From positions 206,182 to 270,181 of IMG/VR virus record IMGVR_UViG_3300024503_000015: DNA of 64,000 nt; one strand, written 5' to 3'. The notes below the pieces were generated by a model. The model saw only the letters and a list, made by a program, of their open reading frames with translations, ran no database searches and was not told the origin of the DNA. A program made the translations under genes and the position numbers. Shown here in pieces: positions 21,124-32,057 of this stretch. Positions within the stretch are counted from its first letter, which is position 1. The number at the start of each line of letters is the position of its first letter.

Positions 21124-21580
21124 TAGATTCTCCTTTATTACCCTTAAGATAATCTTTTTCTTTGTAAGTCTTAATCATGTGACAACGACAGCAGAGTGTT
21201 TGAATATTTTCTGCAACATCTTTACCACCATCGCTTTGACGTTCTAAGTGGTCGCCGTGCATTACACCACGCATACAACGTAATTTATGGAACGGATCTT
21301 CGATATCGTCAAACTGCGGATCAACACGAGGATCGTATCCACACTTCTCGCACACCCACCCACGATAGAATGTGTGTGGACGATCCGCTTTGCCCATACC
21401 ACCGTACTCTGTTAATTGCAGTTGGTGTTCACGACAGTAACCATCGCTACCAGGACCATCGAAGATTGTAAGGTCATTGTCACAATCTTCTAACTTACAT
21501 TTGCATTGTAAGCGATATTGTTCCTTAAGGATACTCTGTCCTTTGAGTTTATCCTTATTAGGATCTCTGAGCTTGGACAT
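21110..21580 (-). CDS. HNH endonuclease-like protein
   Basis: CEKCG...GDH...DGG...ENIQTLC..CH..KT. Confidence 0.8.
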   Translation of the reverse strand: MSKLRDPNKDKLKGQSILKEQYRLQCKCKLEDCDNDLTIFDGPGSDGYCREHQLQLTEYGGMGKADRPHTFYRGWVCEKCGYDPRVDPQFDDIEDPFHKLRCMRGVMHGDHLERQSDGGKDVAENIQTLCCRCHMIKTYKEKDYLKGNKGESNGSN

Positions 21581-21581
21581 A

Positions 21582-22727
21582 TTACCACAAGTCTTTCTTA
21601 GCAACAGTAAAACCGTTGTTAGCAGAATATTCTGGTGTCTTCAATTTAGTACTCTTCTTAACCTGTGCAATCAAGAACGGAATACCTGTACGCATTTCTG
21701 AAGTAAAGCCACGCAATCCTGACTCTGCGTATGACTCTGGGTTGGCCTTCTTGTACCATTCTTCATAGGCCATCTTAACCTTATCCCAGAACGGACCGTT
21801 GGGGCCAAAGTCACCATCGAAGTATTCTTTTGTAAATGCCGCAAAGTCTAGCAAGTATTTGTCATCAACAGTAATGCCTTGTTCAAAACACAGATTAAAG
21901 TATTCGTATAACTGACGTGCTTCCTTAGGTTCTACAGGACGTTGTTGGTTTAAGTAAGTCCAGTACTGAGCAAACATACGGGTGACTTCCGGATCCTTAC
22001 GAGTCTTCAGACTCTTGCTCATAAGTGTGTCAGCCAACAAACTGAACGCACCAGGTTGGTCTTCGTCACCAAACTTGCTGTGTGTGGCAAACAAGCCAGC
22101 GGCCGCAAGATAATCGTTCTTCTTGGCTGTGTCAGTCCATTCGGTGTCATCTGCACCGTCAACCTTAGAGCCATAAACCATTTGCTTGTACTTGTCAATG
22201 AAGTCAAGTTCTTCTTTAGCATCGCCGTTTAACAAAATAAAGTTACGACGAATTTCTAATTTGTGTTTTACATTATACACAACCACTGGCACCATTGTTT
22301 GTGCTGTGCGTTCACCGAACACTTTGGTAAGAATAATGTAAAGAGTAATTGCGGTGTGCTGTCCGTCCCAGGCAATGTAATAACCAGGCTTGTCTTCGTC
22401 AATATAAACTTGAATAGCCATAGTCATTGTGCTACGGAAGTGTTGAAGAATGTTTAGAACATGTCGCAGATTAAGACTGCGTTGCATCGTGGAGTCAATT
22501 AGGATCTTGTCCATTGGCACCATGATTGCTTGGCACAACAGCAGGTCGGTAAAGGTTGTCCATTCTTTGTGACGACGTTTAAATTCGTCAACTACTCCGG
22601 TGAGTAGTCCAACAAACATAGGAGCGGTTTTGAGTGCTTCAGCCAAACGTTCTTGTAGAGTTACAAAATGGCTATCCGATTTGAGATATTGCTCGTTGAT
22701 AATCTGAGCATGGGTTTTTTGTGTCAT
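21582..22727 (-). CDS. ParB-N/DGQHR-like domain protein
   Basis: IDSTMQR...WDGQHT; own promoter TTGACT-N17-TATAAT at 22793-22821. Confidence 0.6.
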   Translation of the reverse strand: MTQKTHAQIINEQYLKSDSHFVTLQERLAEALKTAPMFVGLLTGVVDEFKRRHKEWTTFTDLLLCQAIMVPMDKILIDSTMQRSLNLRHVLNILQHFRSTMTMAIQVYIDEDKPGYYIAWDGQHTAITLYIILTKVFGERTAQTMVPVVVYNVKHKLEIRRNFILLNGDAKEELDFIDKYKQMVYGSKVDGADDTEWTDTAKKNDYLAAAGLFATHSKFGDEDQPGAFSLLADTLMSKSLKTRKDPEVTRMFAQYWTYLNQQRPVEPKEARQLYEYFNLCFEQGITVDDKYLLDFAAFTKEYFDGDFGPNGPFWDKVKMAYEEWYKKANPESYAESGLRGFTSEMRTGIPFLIAQVKKSTKLKTPEYSANNGFTVAKKDLW

Positions 22728-22822
22728 ATAATTTCCTTTCTAGGCCTTCTCTTGGCCACCTACACACAACATTATTATTGTGTATATGGAATATTATACA
22801 GTCAAATTATTTAAAAGTCAAG

Positions 22823-23038
22823 TCAAAGGCGGTATGTAATTCGGCCTTTGGACAAATCGTAAGGGCTCATTTCAATCCGAACTTTGTCGCCCAAGATGAT
22901 TTTGATTTTATTTTGGCGCAGTCGGCCATTAGTGTAGCAAGTAAGAACATGCCCATTTTCCAAAGTTACCCTAAACATATTGCTAGGTAATACTTCAGAA
23001 ATGGATCCTTCCATTTCTAATAAATCGCTTTTGCTCAT
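22823..23038 (-). CDS. infA: Translation initiation factor IF-1
   Basis: [14 protein letters not shown]...[21 protein letters not shown]. Confidence 0.95.
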   Translation of the reverse strand: MSKSDLLEMEGSISEVLPSNMFRVTLENGHVLTCYTNGRLRQNKIKIILGDKVRIEMSPYDLSKGRITYRL

Positions 23039-23208
23039 TCTTTAGTAAAGATCATACGACCATCGGTTACGGAGATATGAATTTTATCTCCTTCTTTCCA
23101 TCCCATTTTTTCACAGATTTCAGGAGGAATTTTGAACATGACATTATCTGGATCTCCAGGTATGTCTTCGAATATTTCCTCTACCGTGTACGTTTTTGAT
23201 TCGTTCAT
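23035..23208 (-). CDS. AbrB/MazE-like small protein (not in ORF track)
   Basis: 57 aa; [21 protein letters not shown]. Confidence 0.65.
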   Translation of the reverse strand: MNESKTYTVEEIFEDIPGDPDNVMFKIPPEICEKMGWKEGDKIHISVTDGRMIFTKE

Positions 23209-23247
23209 AATCCTTAGTTTATTATATTAGTTTAAAAATGTCAACTT

Positions 23248-25902
23248 TTAGTTTACCGATATATTGACATTTGGTGCAGGAAATATCCCCAAACGCACAT
23301 TCATAGTCAGCGCCGATTGGGTGTTAATAGTTATTGGTAATGATGCGGTATTACTGCTAACCGTCATTACTCCAGTTAATGGAACACTAACATCACCAGC
23401 CGCAAATGGATATGTTGCTACAGTAGTAGACCAACGAGCGTTAACTCCTGTATGTACATCAACTTGATTAGGAGTGGCTTCGTAAAAGACTGCTTCGTAA
23501 ACCATATTAGGTGAACCTAGTGTGCCAGATGTAGACGCTGTTCCCTCCCAGCGAACACGGAAAGTTCTGTTAGGTGCTGTGCCTTCTGCACCATAATAGA
23601 TTCGTTGACAACTATTGTCTGCAGAACTTATCATTATCTTTGGATAAGGAGGGTTAGTACCATTTAACTGACTCCAGTTTGATGAACCAGCACCAAATGT
23701 GATATATGTATTTGTTCCAATATAAATTGTATTGTATGTTGTACCACAGAATGTTACATTGAACGGCAGTGGAACAGTCCAGTATCCATCGTCTTGACTG
23801 CCAACAAAGGTCAACGCTCCAGGCACAGTAGGTGTTGAACTAGACAATGCTAGGGCACCTAATATACTATTTGTAATAACACTACTGGAACCGTTAGGTA
23901 AACCAGTAGTTAAGAATCTATTTCCGCTGTTAGGTCTTGTATCTAAAGTTATACCAGTAACTATAGCATCAGCAGTATAAACACCAGAGAACGCAGTAGT
24001 AGTCAATGAACCGGACGGCGCAGGCTTTGCTGTAATAATATAAGGAACCTGTGTACCATTAGCAACGTTAGTAGTAGTTAATGTTACTGTAGCAGTTTGA
24101 GTATTTGATACTGTTGAATCGTCTACTGCTAGACTAAATGTTGCGGCCTTATTATAACTGTTAAGAGTTTTCTTTCTTGGATATACTTGTCCACTGGTAG
24201 GTCTGTACCAGTTGTTTACTGTTGGGAAAGGTGTTGGATAATATCCACCGACTTCTTGACCTGGATGTCTTGTTCCTTGAAAGAACAACATCTTTCTACA
24301 ACTATTTGGATTGTAAGTAAACCCAGCATCTTTACCATCAAACGTTCCGCCGTTGGTACTTAATACTGTGTCTGTACTAATTGCGGCTATTAATGCACGA
24401 GCATCTGCCTGTGTCATACGAGGATATTTTTCTGCATAACAGGCAATTACACCTACGGTATTAGGACAACTCATACTAGTGCCAGGACACTTTTTAAAAT
24501 TATTATTAATTGAGTCAGATCCGCCTAATGCAGTAACTCTTGGATCAGTAGCGGCAGTCCCATCATACAACGATGCTCCACTATTCCAAACACTTTGAAC
24601 ACCAGAACCGGGTGCATATACATCAATGCGAGGACCGTAGTTACTAAATTCTGCTTTGTAGTCGCCGACCTCAATACCAGTCGAGGCGTAGATACTAGCA
24701 TTTGTTGCTTCGTTGTGTTGTCCTATTGCTCCGCTACAGATAATTTTTGTATCTTCTGTGCCACCATTTGCCGAGCCAGGACTACTACCTCGGTGAATAT
24801 AGTAACTAACTCCTCCGTAGACCATATAATTGTCATAGTCAGGACCTCCAGGAACATCTATATACCAATAACTATTTCCTGCGCTGGCTACAATGATGAC
24901 GCCTTCGCTCATCGCCTCAATCATATCTATATCCGTTGCGGAACTTTGTGTTGGCAATGCCGCACCAGTACGGATCCTAAATGTGTCTAAATCTGCTGTA
25001 GTCCATCCTGTACTAGGACGATTATATGTAACACCTCTATAATACACAGAACTAATGCTAGACTCTGTAATTCCATTTAAACGATATCCCCAACTGTTAT
25101 TCATAACTGTTGGATTTTTAACACCAGTCAACGGATTGATTGGTTTATTTTTATGAAATTCTCTTACATAATCTATGCTATCGTAGAATGTAATATTATA
25201 GATATTAGCATCGCGAGCAAACCCTTGTGTGTTACCTGCACAGTTTCCAGTAGTATGTCCACCATGTTCTTGTAATCGGTAACCCGGATAACTGTATTCG
25301 CCTGCCGCACCACCAGTTACTACAGGATTGTGTTGCTCCCAGTTGTATTCAACCATTCGGCTATAACCAGTACCATCTGGATTCTGTGCATATTCGTACA
25401 CAGTAGGGTACGGAGTTCCATCGTCCATAACAACTACGTCAACATTTTTACCACTGGCATCCATAATAATAGTTGCCGCTTGATTAACTGTGCCAGTAAT
25501 ACCCCAATTACTAATATCTGTTTTTCTGTTTAGTCGTAACAGGCCCCAGTTGATATCGACGCTGTCGCTGGCCACACGTTTGTCAAAGTTTGAACTAGTT
25601 TGAGTAAACCCGTCACAGCCGATAACCATACCAAGATCTGTATGATTTAATTCAACAGTAAAAACTCTAGGATCGTTTCTAACCTGTGCCGCTTCGTCAT
25701 AGGTCAACATATAATGTGTATTTCGACTAATAGGTCGTCTGTTAACACACTCTACCATTCGATCAGGAATGTATAAATTTCCGCTAGGTGTTTCCATATC
25801 TTTATAAAACTCTTCCGAGTCTTTAAAGTCTTTTAAGGTAACAATGTATTCTTTAAGACTTTGATCTTCTGGATTCCCTAGATGAGGAATTGGTGTTGTC
25901 AT
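23248..25902 (-). CDS. Subtilisin-like (S8) protease, probably virion-associated
   Basis: Catalytic DVVVMDDG, HGGH and GTSMS; ASAGN; downstream of a fibre gene. Confidence 0.85.
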   Translation of the reverse strand: MTTPIPHLGNPEDQSLKEYIVTLKDFKDSEEFYKDMETPSGNLYIPDRMVECVNRRPISRNTHYMLTYDEAAQVRNDPRVFTVELNHTDLGMVIGCDGFTQTSSNFDKRVASDSVDINWGLLRLNRKTDISNWGITGTVNQAATIIMDASGKNVDVVVMDDGTPYPTVYEYAQNPDGTGYSRMVEYNWEQHNPVVTGGAAGEYSYPGYRLQEHGGHTTGNCAGNTQGFARDANIYNITFYDSIDYVREFHKNKPINPLTGVKNPTVMNNSWGYRLNGITESSISSVYYRGVTYNRPSTGWTTADLDTFRIRTGAALPTQSSATDIDMIEAMSEGVIIVASAGNSYWYIDVPGGPDYDNYMVYGGVSYYIHRGSSPGSANGGTEDTKIICSGAIGQHNEATNASIYASTGIEVGDYKAEFSNYGPRIDVYAPGSGVQSVWNSGASLYDGTAATDPRVTALGGSDSINNNFKKCPGTSMSCPNTVGVIACYAEKYPRMTQADARALIAAISTDTVLSTNGGTFDGKDAGFTYNPNSCRKMLFFQGTRHPGQEVGGYYPTPFPTVNNWYRPTSGQVYPRKKTLNSYNKAATFSLAVDDSTVSNTQTATVTLTTTNVANGTQVPYIITAKPAPSGSLTTTAFSGVYTADAIVTGITLDTRPNSGNRFLTTGLPNGSSSVITNSILGALALSSSTPTVPGALTFVGSQDDGYWTVPLPFNVTFCGTTYNTIYIGTNTYITFGAGSSNWSQLNGTNPPYPKIMISSADNSCQRIYYGAEGTAPNRTFRVRWEGTASTSGTLGSPNMVYEAVFYEATPNQVDVHTGVNARWSTTVATYPFAAGDVSVPLTGVMTVSSNTASLPITINTQSALTMNVRLGIFPAPNVNISVN

Positions 25903-25903
25903 A

Positions 25904-28063
25904 TTATGCTTCCAATTGTAGTAGTTTTACTGTAACAGTAATAGCCGCTGTTGAGCCGCTTCTGTTAACTACTTTAATTTGTATATCTGTAGTTGGACTA
26001 GATTCATCGTTATAGCCAAATACACCAGGAGTAAATGTTTGTGTTTGTGCTCCGGTAGTAATTACCTCAGCAATTACTCCACTACCTGGTACTGGATCAT
26101 CTGTAATTGCACGACTAGCATCTGCTGTACGTGCCGCAGAAGATGTATAAACAGTTACCCAAGCCGCCGCACTAGTTTGAATACTTAATAACGCATAACC
26201 ACTGAAGCCTGTAATTGTAGCATTAGCACTGGCTAAGTTTGCTATCGAAGAAGTAGTAACAGAACGTGTTGTTCTGGTCGATAGTGTACCACCGCCGCCC
26301 CCGCCACCAGTTGCATCGGTATCATTAACCCATGCACTACCATTCCATTTTAAAACTTGCCCAACACTTGGACTAGAAACAGTCACATCTGCCAGGTCAT
26401 TAATACTGGCCGTAGAAATATCTGTGCCACCACCTCCGCCGCTAATTGTTGTCCATGCCAATGTTCCTGAACCGTTTGTTGCTAGAACTTGTCCACTGGT
26501 TCCGTCTGTGGCTGGGAATGTGAACCCTGGAAATCTTGTTGTGCCGTTTTCTTTGAATACCCATGTAGGCTTGGTAATATCGTTGAACGTTTGAATATAG
26601 ATATCGTTCTCAGCATATAGCCCCCAACCAATAGTTGGACCTGCTAGGAATTCTTTCCAACCAACTGATGCTTGTCCATTGGCAGCACTGCCTGCATTAA
26701 TAATACCGTTGTTAGGTAGTGTTACTGAACCGTCTGTATTAAATGTAAAATCTTTAGTACCGTTTGTAGTTAATTTAACACCGGTATTATTTAAAATAAT
26801 TTTATTAGTATATGCGCTATGACTTACACCCCAGTTAAGTGTAATGCTACCTGCGGTATCGGCAACATTAATGGCAAACGGGTCGTTAGTATTTCTTGTA
26901 TATCCGTCCACAGCCAATGTACCGTTGTCAAATGCAATAGTGCCACCTGCTGGTAATGTTAGAGTACCATCGTCTCCAAATATCCAACCATGCACGGTTG
27001 CACCATAGTTACCAGTTGAAATCTTTACTGCCTTTAATCCATCGGAATCAGAATTAAAGCCAATGGTCGCCAAATCGAGACCGTTAGAAGATGTCCAGCC
27101 TACTAATATCTGAGAATTATTACCCGGTGCCGCAATATGTATTGATTCATTTAGTGCCTGAATCATCATCGTTCCGAGACTTGGGCTATAGTCGCCTAAC
27201 TTAGCAATTTTTAAATTAGTAGGAAAATCTAACGCACCGTCTGTACCAAATGACCAAGTATTAGTACTATTAGTAATCGAAGGAGTTGTGACGTCTGCAA
27301 ATTCTACGCTATCTGTTGTGTTTAAATTTTGATTAGGTGCATCTAACAAATCGTTATAACTTACACTCTGACCAATAGTTGCACTTAAAGTGGTAGCAGT
27401 TGCTTGACAGCGAACAGCGAAAGGAATCTGTTGCCAATCGGACGCTACAAAGGAGGCAAACGGATCAGTTACGCCACCGATGTAAACATACATATAATCT
27501 GTACAGATTGTAGCAACATCAACAACTCCATTGATATCGCTGTCAGAATAGTGGTTACCGCCAGTGTCTACGGTGGCGCCGCTGATATAACCATCAGCAT
27601 CTAATGTTGCAGAATACGTTGCTCTGATCCATCCATAGGGAACAGTTAGTTGTGTACCACCTAATACTGCCCATGCAAAAGCATCGATTAATTTAACATT
27701 TAAAGCGTTCCCCCATGTTCTGTCTTGTACTGGACCTGCTTTGGGATAGACTTCAACTGCTTGGTGTCCAGTAGGATCATAAACACCAGGAAGAATAACC
27801 TGTCCATTAGTAGTTGCTGATAGTTTGGCATCGCCAATATACACAGATCCAGAACCAACATATAAACTGTGCCAACGATTTGTAGGGCTACCTAAGTTGT
27901 ATGTTAAATCACTGTCTGGAACAATATTTTGTGATACTGCTGAAAAGTCACCTTCTGGAATTGTAGTGTACAATTCTCCGATCATTGTATCAATCTTTTT
28001 TAAGGCTGATCCTAACGGTTCTCTACTAATGCCGTCGCCTAAATTTAATGGTGTATATGCCAT
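25904..28063 (-). CDS. Tail fibre-like protein
   Basis: YNLGSPTNRW; repeated W.FG.DG.L..P units; GQVL; TAAATA at 28085-28090. Confidence 0.75.
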   Translation of the reverse strand: MAYTPLNLGDGISREPLGSALKKIDTMIGELYTTIPEGDFSAVSQNIVPDSDLTYNLGSPTNRWHSLYVGSGSVYIGDAKLSATTNGQVILPGVYDPTGHQAVEVYPKAGPVQDRTWGNALNVKLIDAFAWAVLGGTQLTVPYGWIRATYSATLDADGYISGATVDTGGNHYSDSDINGVVDVATICTDYMYVYIGGVTDPFASFVASDWQQIPFAVRCQATATTLSATIGQSVSYNDLLDAPNQNLNTTDSVEFADVTTPSITNSTNTWSFGTDGALDFPTNLKIAKLGDYSPSLGTMMIQALNESIHIAAPGNNSQILVGWTSSNGLDLATIGFNSDSDGLKAVKISTGNYGATVHGWIFGDDGTLTLPAGGTIAFDNGTLAVDGYTRNTNDPFAINVADTAGSITLNWGVSHSAYTNKIILNNTGVKLTTNGTKDFTFNTDGSVTLPNNGIINAGSAANGQASVGWKEFLAGPTIGWGLYAENDIYIQTFNDITKPTWVFKENGTTRFPGFTFPATDGTSGQVLATNGSGTLAWTTISGGGGGTDISTASINDLADVTVSSPSVGQVLKWNGSAWVNDTDATGGGGGGGTLSTRTTRSVTTSSIANLASANATITGFSGYALLSIQTSAAAWVTVYTSSAARTADASRAITDDPVPGSGVIAEVITTGAQTQTFTPGVFGYNDESSPTTDIQIKVVNRSGSTAAITVTVKLLQLEA

Positions 28064-28117
28064 GGGAAATCCTCGCTTATCCTATATTTAGCGAGTTTTG
28101 GTATAGATACAATAGTC

Positions 28118-28142
28118 AAAAAAATACCCGCCGAAGCGGGTA
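28118..28142 (-). terminator. Intrinsic terminator
   Basis: TACCCGC-TTCG-GCGGGTA-TTTTTTT. Confidence 0.85.
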
Positions 28143-28153
28143 AAGTTTGTAGT

Positions 28154-28747
28154 TTATTCGTCTTCCCAGGGTACAGGAATCCAACCTAGTTTAAGTAAAT
28201 CTGCTTCTATTTCTTCTGTAACAATGCCTTCGGGCACATATCCTGTACGCTTTTGCCATTGTTCATTAGTTTCTTTAGCATCGTACTCTTGATTAAGTCC
28301 GCCCATACCTGAACAGTACCAATCAATGTAATCACCTTCTTGACGCATATCTGCAACAATGCCGCCAGCACTACGCCAACTAGCACTCCACAAATCTTTG
28401 TCAGGATCTTGTCGCAGATAAGGAAACATTTCTTTACGAACAAAACGCATATTACACATAGCCGCATAAAGATTCTGTGCATAGGCATCGCTGTTACGAA
28501 CCTTGGCTAGAATCCAATCTGTACTACGTAGGTCGTATTCTAAATTATTTTCCTGCCATTCGGGGTTAGACATGTTTTCTTCGTCTTGTTCACGAAAGGT
28601 TTTAAAAAGATTTAAGTAATCTTCTCTAGGCTCTTTACCTTCTTCCGCACAACGTTCGATATATCCGTTTAATTGAAAACTATGACGCTCTGGGCTTGAG
28701 CTTATTTTAACGTTTGTATCCGGTGAATCCGAGTTTTCTGTAGGCAT
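28154..28747 (-). CDS. Conserved hypothetical phage protein
   Basis: YAQNLYAAMCN, SWRSAGGIVA, YIDWYCSG. Confidence 0.75.
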   Translation of the reverse strand: MPTENSDSPDTNVKISSSPERHSFQLNGYIERCAEEGKEPREDYLNLFKTFREQDEENMSNPEWQENNLEYDLRSTDWILAKVRNSDAYAQNLYAAMCNMRFVRKEMFPYLRQDPDKDLWSASWRSAGGIVADMRQEGDYIDWYCSGMGGLNQEYDAKETNEQWQKRTGYVPEGIVTEEIEADLLKLGWIPVPWEDE

Positions 28748-29240
28748 TACGCACTCCTATAGCCTGTCGTTTAGCATCTTCTAACGCATTGTGTTTTGCA
28801 TCCTGCGGCATTTCAGGATCTGCTAGTTCAAACAATGTACGTGTGTCACGCATTTCCCAGAAGTTCCAAGGATATGCACGACCTAATTTTTCGTAGATAT
28901 TCTGCAAAATCATTAAGTCAAAAGTAGCACCGTGACTCCAAAAATGACTGCACCCCCATGCTAGTGCATGAAACTGATTAATAACTTCATGGATTGGAAT
29001 ACGATCCCTTGGATCAAATGCTTCCTCCATGATGTTAGTATCCTGCTGATTCCACCATTTTAGTGTGTCGTCGCTTACAGTACAACCTAGAGCATCTTGG
29101 CTGTCTATCTCCACACGCAGATAAAGTTCTTTCATGGGTGCATTTGTAAACGGATCAAACCTTACTGCGCCCAAGGTAAGAATAGTTGCTGTAGTCTTTG
29201 TGTCAAGAGTTTCCAAGTCGACCATTAAGTGTTGTGCCAT
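28707..29240 (-). CDS. DEDDh 3'-5' exonuclease (Rv2179c-like)
   Basis: MVDLET, FD, RDTRT, HNALEDA. Confidence 0.85.
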   Translation of the reverse strand: MAQHLMVDLETLDTKTTATILTLGAVRFDPFTNAPMKELYLRVEIDSQDALGCTVSDDTLKWWNQQDTNIMEEAFDPRDRIPIHEVINQFHALAWGCSHFWSHGATFDLMILQNIYEKLGRAYPWNFWEMRDTRTLFELADPEMPQDAKHNALEDAKRQAIGVRNAYRKLGFTGYKR

Positions 29241-29243
29241 ATA

Positions 29244-29606
29244 TTATACCAGAATGAAAATGATTAAAAGATAACCTAGTTGATGAGCCATTTGATCTAG
29301 GCCTAAATGATTCCAAAATTCCTTAGTAGTAATATCTCTATTACCCCAATTCATTTTAGCCCAGTCTATGTGGTAGTGCATTATAAAATCTAACGCACCC
29401 ATAGCCAGTGCTACATTAAGATTGGCCACAGTTAGCACGACTACGGTTGTACCAAAGCCGTGTTTTAGACTGTGTTTAATGCCACGCCAGTCGAGATAAA
29501 TTCCTTTATGCTTGACCTCTTCGTCACTTTGATTAACAAAGTCAATGTACCAATGCTTAACCTGAAGTAAAGCCAATAGAATGAGTGCAATAGTTAGATA
29601 GTCCAT
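29244..29606 (-). CDS. DUF3307-like membrane protein
   Basis: H..DF..Q, H...H, HYHID, LDQ.AH. Confidence 0.75.
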   Translation of the reverse strand: MDYLTIALILLALLQVKHWYIDFVNQSDEEVKHKGIYLDWRGIKHSLKHGFGTTVVVLTVANLNVALAMGALDFIMHYHIDWAKMNWGNRDITTKEFWNHLGLDQMAHQLGYLLIIFILV

Positions 29607-29644
29607 GCTTATGATTATACTATCTTATTAATGTAAAGTCAAGT

Positions 29645-29830
29645 TTACTTCTTGGGTTTATCGTTCGATTCGTCCAAATCGTAGTATTCGTTTTTCATTA
29701 TTGCTTCATCAAACTTTTCTGCATCTGTCTTTTTATTTTTTCGAAAAATGTTATCGTAATTATTACGATAGTTGTCAGTGACTCCTTTGGTTTGAATAGA
29801 GTCGCCTGTGATGTCGTTTCTTGCTACCAT
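29645..29830 (-). CDS. Small conserved phage protein
   Basis: RNDITGDSIQTK...YDNIF; SD AAGGAG. Confidence 0.65.
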   Translation of the reverse strand: MVARNDITGDSIQTKGVTDNYRNNYDNIFRKNKKTDAEKFDEAIMKNEYYDLDESNDKPKK

Positions 29831-29866
29831 ACCACACTCCTTAAAAGTATAGTTATCTGGAGAAGG

Positions 29867-30325
29867 TCAAGTTCTCCAGATTTCCTTAAAGCCTTCGTCT
29901 TCGGTTGGCATTTCAAAAGTATCAATCATGCTACGCATAACTGAATCTGGAATGTTCTTGCCTGGACGACTGGCTAAACGTCGATCCAATTCTTCCTTTT
30001 TAGGAGTTGGAAATACCACAGCAATATGTTCATAGTTAGGCAACATATTGAACTTACGCTTACGGCTCTTAATCGAAACACTGGTCTGATCCCAGATGAT
30101 ATCTAAATTATTTGCCTTACAAATTTCGACTTGGTTAGCCATCAACTTTACGGCAATAGGCATATATTCATCAAAAACTTCGTTGTAGGTTTTACCCATT
30201 TTTTCAGCGTATTCTTCCACAAACTTATCTGTGCTAACCACAGGAATATCCTTAGCCCAGTCTTGATTCTTAATCCAAGTGCTCTTACCTGCACCTGGCA
30301 CTCCGATTAATTGATAACACTTCAT
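29867..30325 (-). CDS. Polynucleotide kinase (P-loop)
   Basis: GVPGAGKST, STD, WDQT. Confidence 0.8.
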   Translation of the reverse strand: MKCYQLIGVPGAGKSTWIKNQDWAKDIPVVSTDKFVEEYAEKMGKTYNEVFDEYMPIAVKLMANQVEICKANNLDIIWDQTSVSIKSRKRKFNMLPNYEHIAVVFPTPKKEELDRRLASRPGKNIPDSVMRSMIDTFEMPTEDEGFKEIWRT

Positions 30326-30555
30326 GGTTGAAAGTTGTCCCTTCCTTTTGTATGCTTACTGATTTCGGCTAAGGTTGCCCTTAGCATTTGAATTTCCATT
30401 GCGGCTTCTTCTAACAAGTTAGCAATCTTGTCGGGCTTACCTTCTGTGACTGCTAACCTGCCAGGAATCTGCCTACGTATCTCTGCTCGTTTATACAAGC
30501 GGAACACTAGGCTTTGCTCTGCTACAGGCAAATGACTTTCATCTTCACATCTCAT
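30322..30555 (-). CDS. Hypothetical protein
   Basis: ATGA-coupled ORF. Confidence 0.6.
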   Translation of the reverse strand: MRCEDESHLPVAEQSLVFRLYKRAEIRRQIPGRLAVTEGKPDKIANLLEEAAMEIQMLRATLAEISKHTKGRDNFQP

Positions 30556-31436
30556 ACTGTCTCCATATAGTTGCGTACCCAAGATAAACGAGCTTGCTCG
30601 TCCATAGCAGTATACTCCTCAATGTTAGCACGGATAGCATCCACTAGTGGATAGTATTCTTCGTCTAAATTGTGCTTGATGTCTTTGTTCAAGTCTACTA
30701 ACTTGTCTGTGCGTGGATTGCGAGCAACCCACTTTGAAGTCAAGTAGTAAGGTGACTTGATCTTAGAACCAACGCCGTCCTTAGTATAGAATACAAAACC
30801 TTCGTGCTTAACAGTCTTTACTAGAGCCTTTAACTCGCCTACTGTAGTAGTAAAGATATCCACAGGGAGGCATCCAAGATGCTTGCCCAAAGGTTCTAGC
30901 GTAAACTTTTCGTAGTATAACTTACCGTTCCAGTCTTTGTGACGGAATCCGATAAAGTACAGTCCAGGTTCTTCAGGTATGATGTGTGGGTCAGTTGGAT
31001 GAACGCACTCAAACATAAAAGTAAAATCTGGGGCACATCTTAGTACATCACGGAAGTTATCAGTGATATATTCCTTTGCCATATCGACAAACTCGCCTGA
31101 AGTAGAACCTGTTGTTGAAACTAGGATATCTCCATTGTGCCAAGTCATAGCAACCATAAAGCCGTTAACTTTACGAAGTGCTGTGATCTCAGTATCGTCG
31201 GATAGCACTGGTGCTTCCTTTTCAATACCATAGTTATAGATCTTTGTGAATGGTCGTTGTACTACATTAAACTCAGAGTCTACAATAGTACCTCGACATT
31301 CGGCGATGTATTCGTTCCACAAGTTATCGTAGAACACTTTCTTCTTGTACTTTAGCACATAGATACCATCGCCACATTCTTTCATGTTGACTAGGTTACT
31401 AGTGTTTACATACTCCTTCAATTCATCTTTAAACAT
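30552..31436 (-). CDS. RNA ligase (T4 Rnl1-like)
   Basis: ECRG, PFTK, KVNG, FMFE, EGFV, KIKS.YY. Confidence 0.85.
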   Translation of the reverse strand: MFKDELKEYVNTSNLVNMKECGDGIYVLKYKKKVFYDNLWNEYIAECRGTIVDSEFNVVQRPFTKIYNYGIEKEAPVLSDDTEITALRKVNGFMVAMTWHNGDILVSTTGSTSGEFVDMAKEYITDNFRDVLRCAPDFTFMFECVHPTDPHIIPEEPGLYFIGFRHKDWNGKLYYEKFTLEPLGKHLGCLPVDIFTTTVGELKALVKTVKHEGFVFYTKDGVGSKIKSPYYLTSKWVARNPRTDKLVDLNKDIKHNLDEEYYPLVDAIRANIEEYTAMDEQARLSWVRNYMETV

Positions 31437-31977
31437 GATGACCCTTAATTTCGTTGTTTTTAATTCTGCCAATCGCATATTCCATTGACACAACAATCTC
31501 ACCGGTTGAATCCATACCTACATCGAATGCACGATACTTTTCTAATCCACTAACACCTCCGTGTAAGTGACCATGAAAATGTAATGCTCCTCTGTGCATT
31601 TGATCCCACTCAGCAATCGGATAGTGAAACATGACAATCTTGTGACCATCATATGTAATATCCAAATACTCGTGTACTTCTGCAAACGCACCACGGAACG
31701 TTTCGTCCATCAATGTCTTACGGTCATGATTTCCTCTAATTAAAATCTTTGTGCCATTCAAACGCTTTACCATTCTACCAGCATCACTACCTGACATGAA
31801 CGCTACATCGCCTAAGATGTAGACTGTGTCTTCAGGTTTGACTTTATGGTTCCATTCTTCGGCCATGGCGTTGTTCATATATGCAACGTCGTCTTTAAAT
31901 CGTGCTCTCGTCACTGGACAGAACTTCATGATGTTCTTATGTCCAAAGTGTAAGTCGCTTGTAATCCATGTTTTCAT
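31429..31977 (-). CDS. Metallophosphoesterase
   Basis: SDLHFGH, LGD, GNHD, HYP, HGHLH; promoter at 32002-32030. Confidence 0.9.
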   Translation of the reverse strand: MKTWITSDLHFGHKNIMKFCPVTRARFKDDVAYMNNAMAEEWNHKVKPEDTVYILGDVAFMSGSDAGRMVKRLNGTKILIRGNHDRKTLMDETFRGAFAEVHEYLDITYDGHKIVMFHYPIAEWDQMHRGALHFHGHLHGGVSGLEKYRAFDVGMDSTGEIVVSMEYAIGRIKNNEIKGHHV

Positions 31978-32057
31978 TTTTTCGCTCTTCTTTCTTGTTA
32001 TATTATACAGCCAAAAGAACGCCCTGTCAACTCTCGAAGACAGGGCAAATGTTGTTT

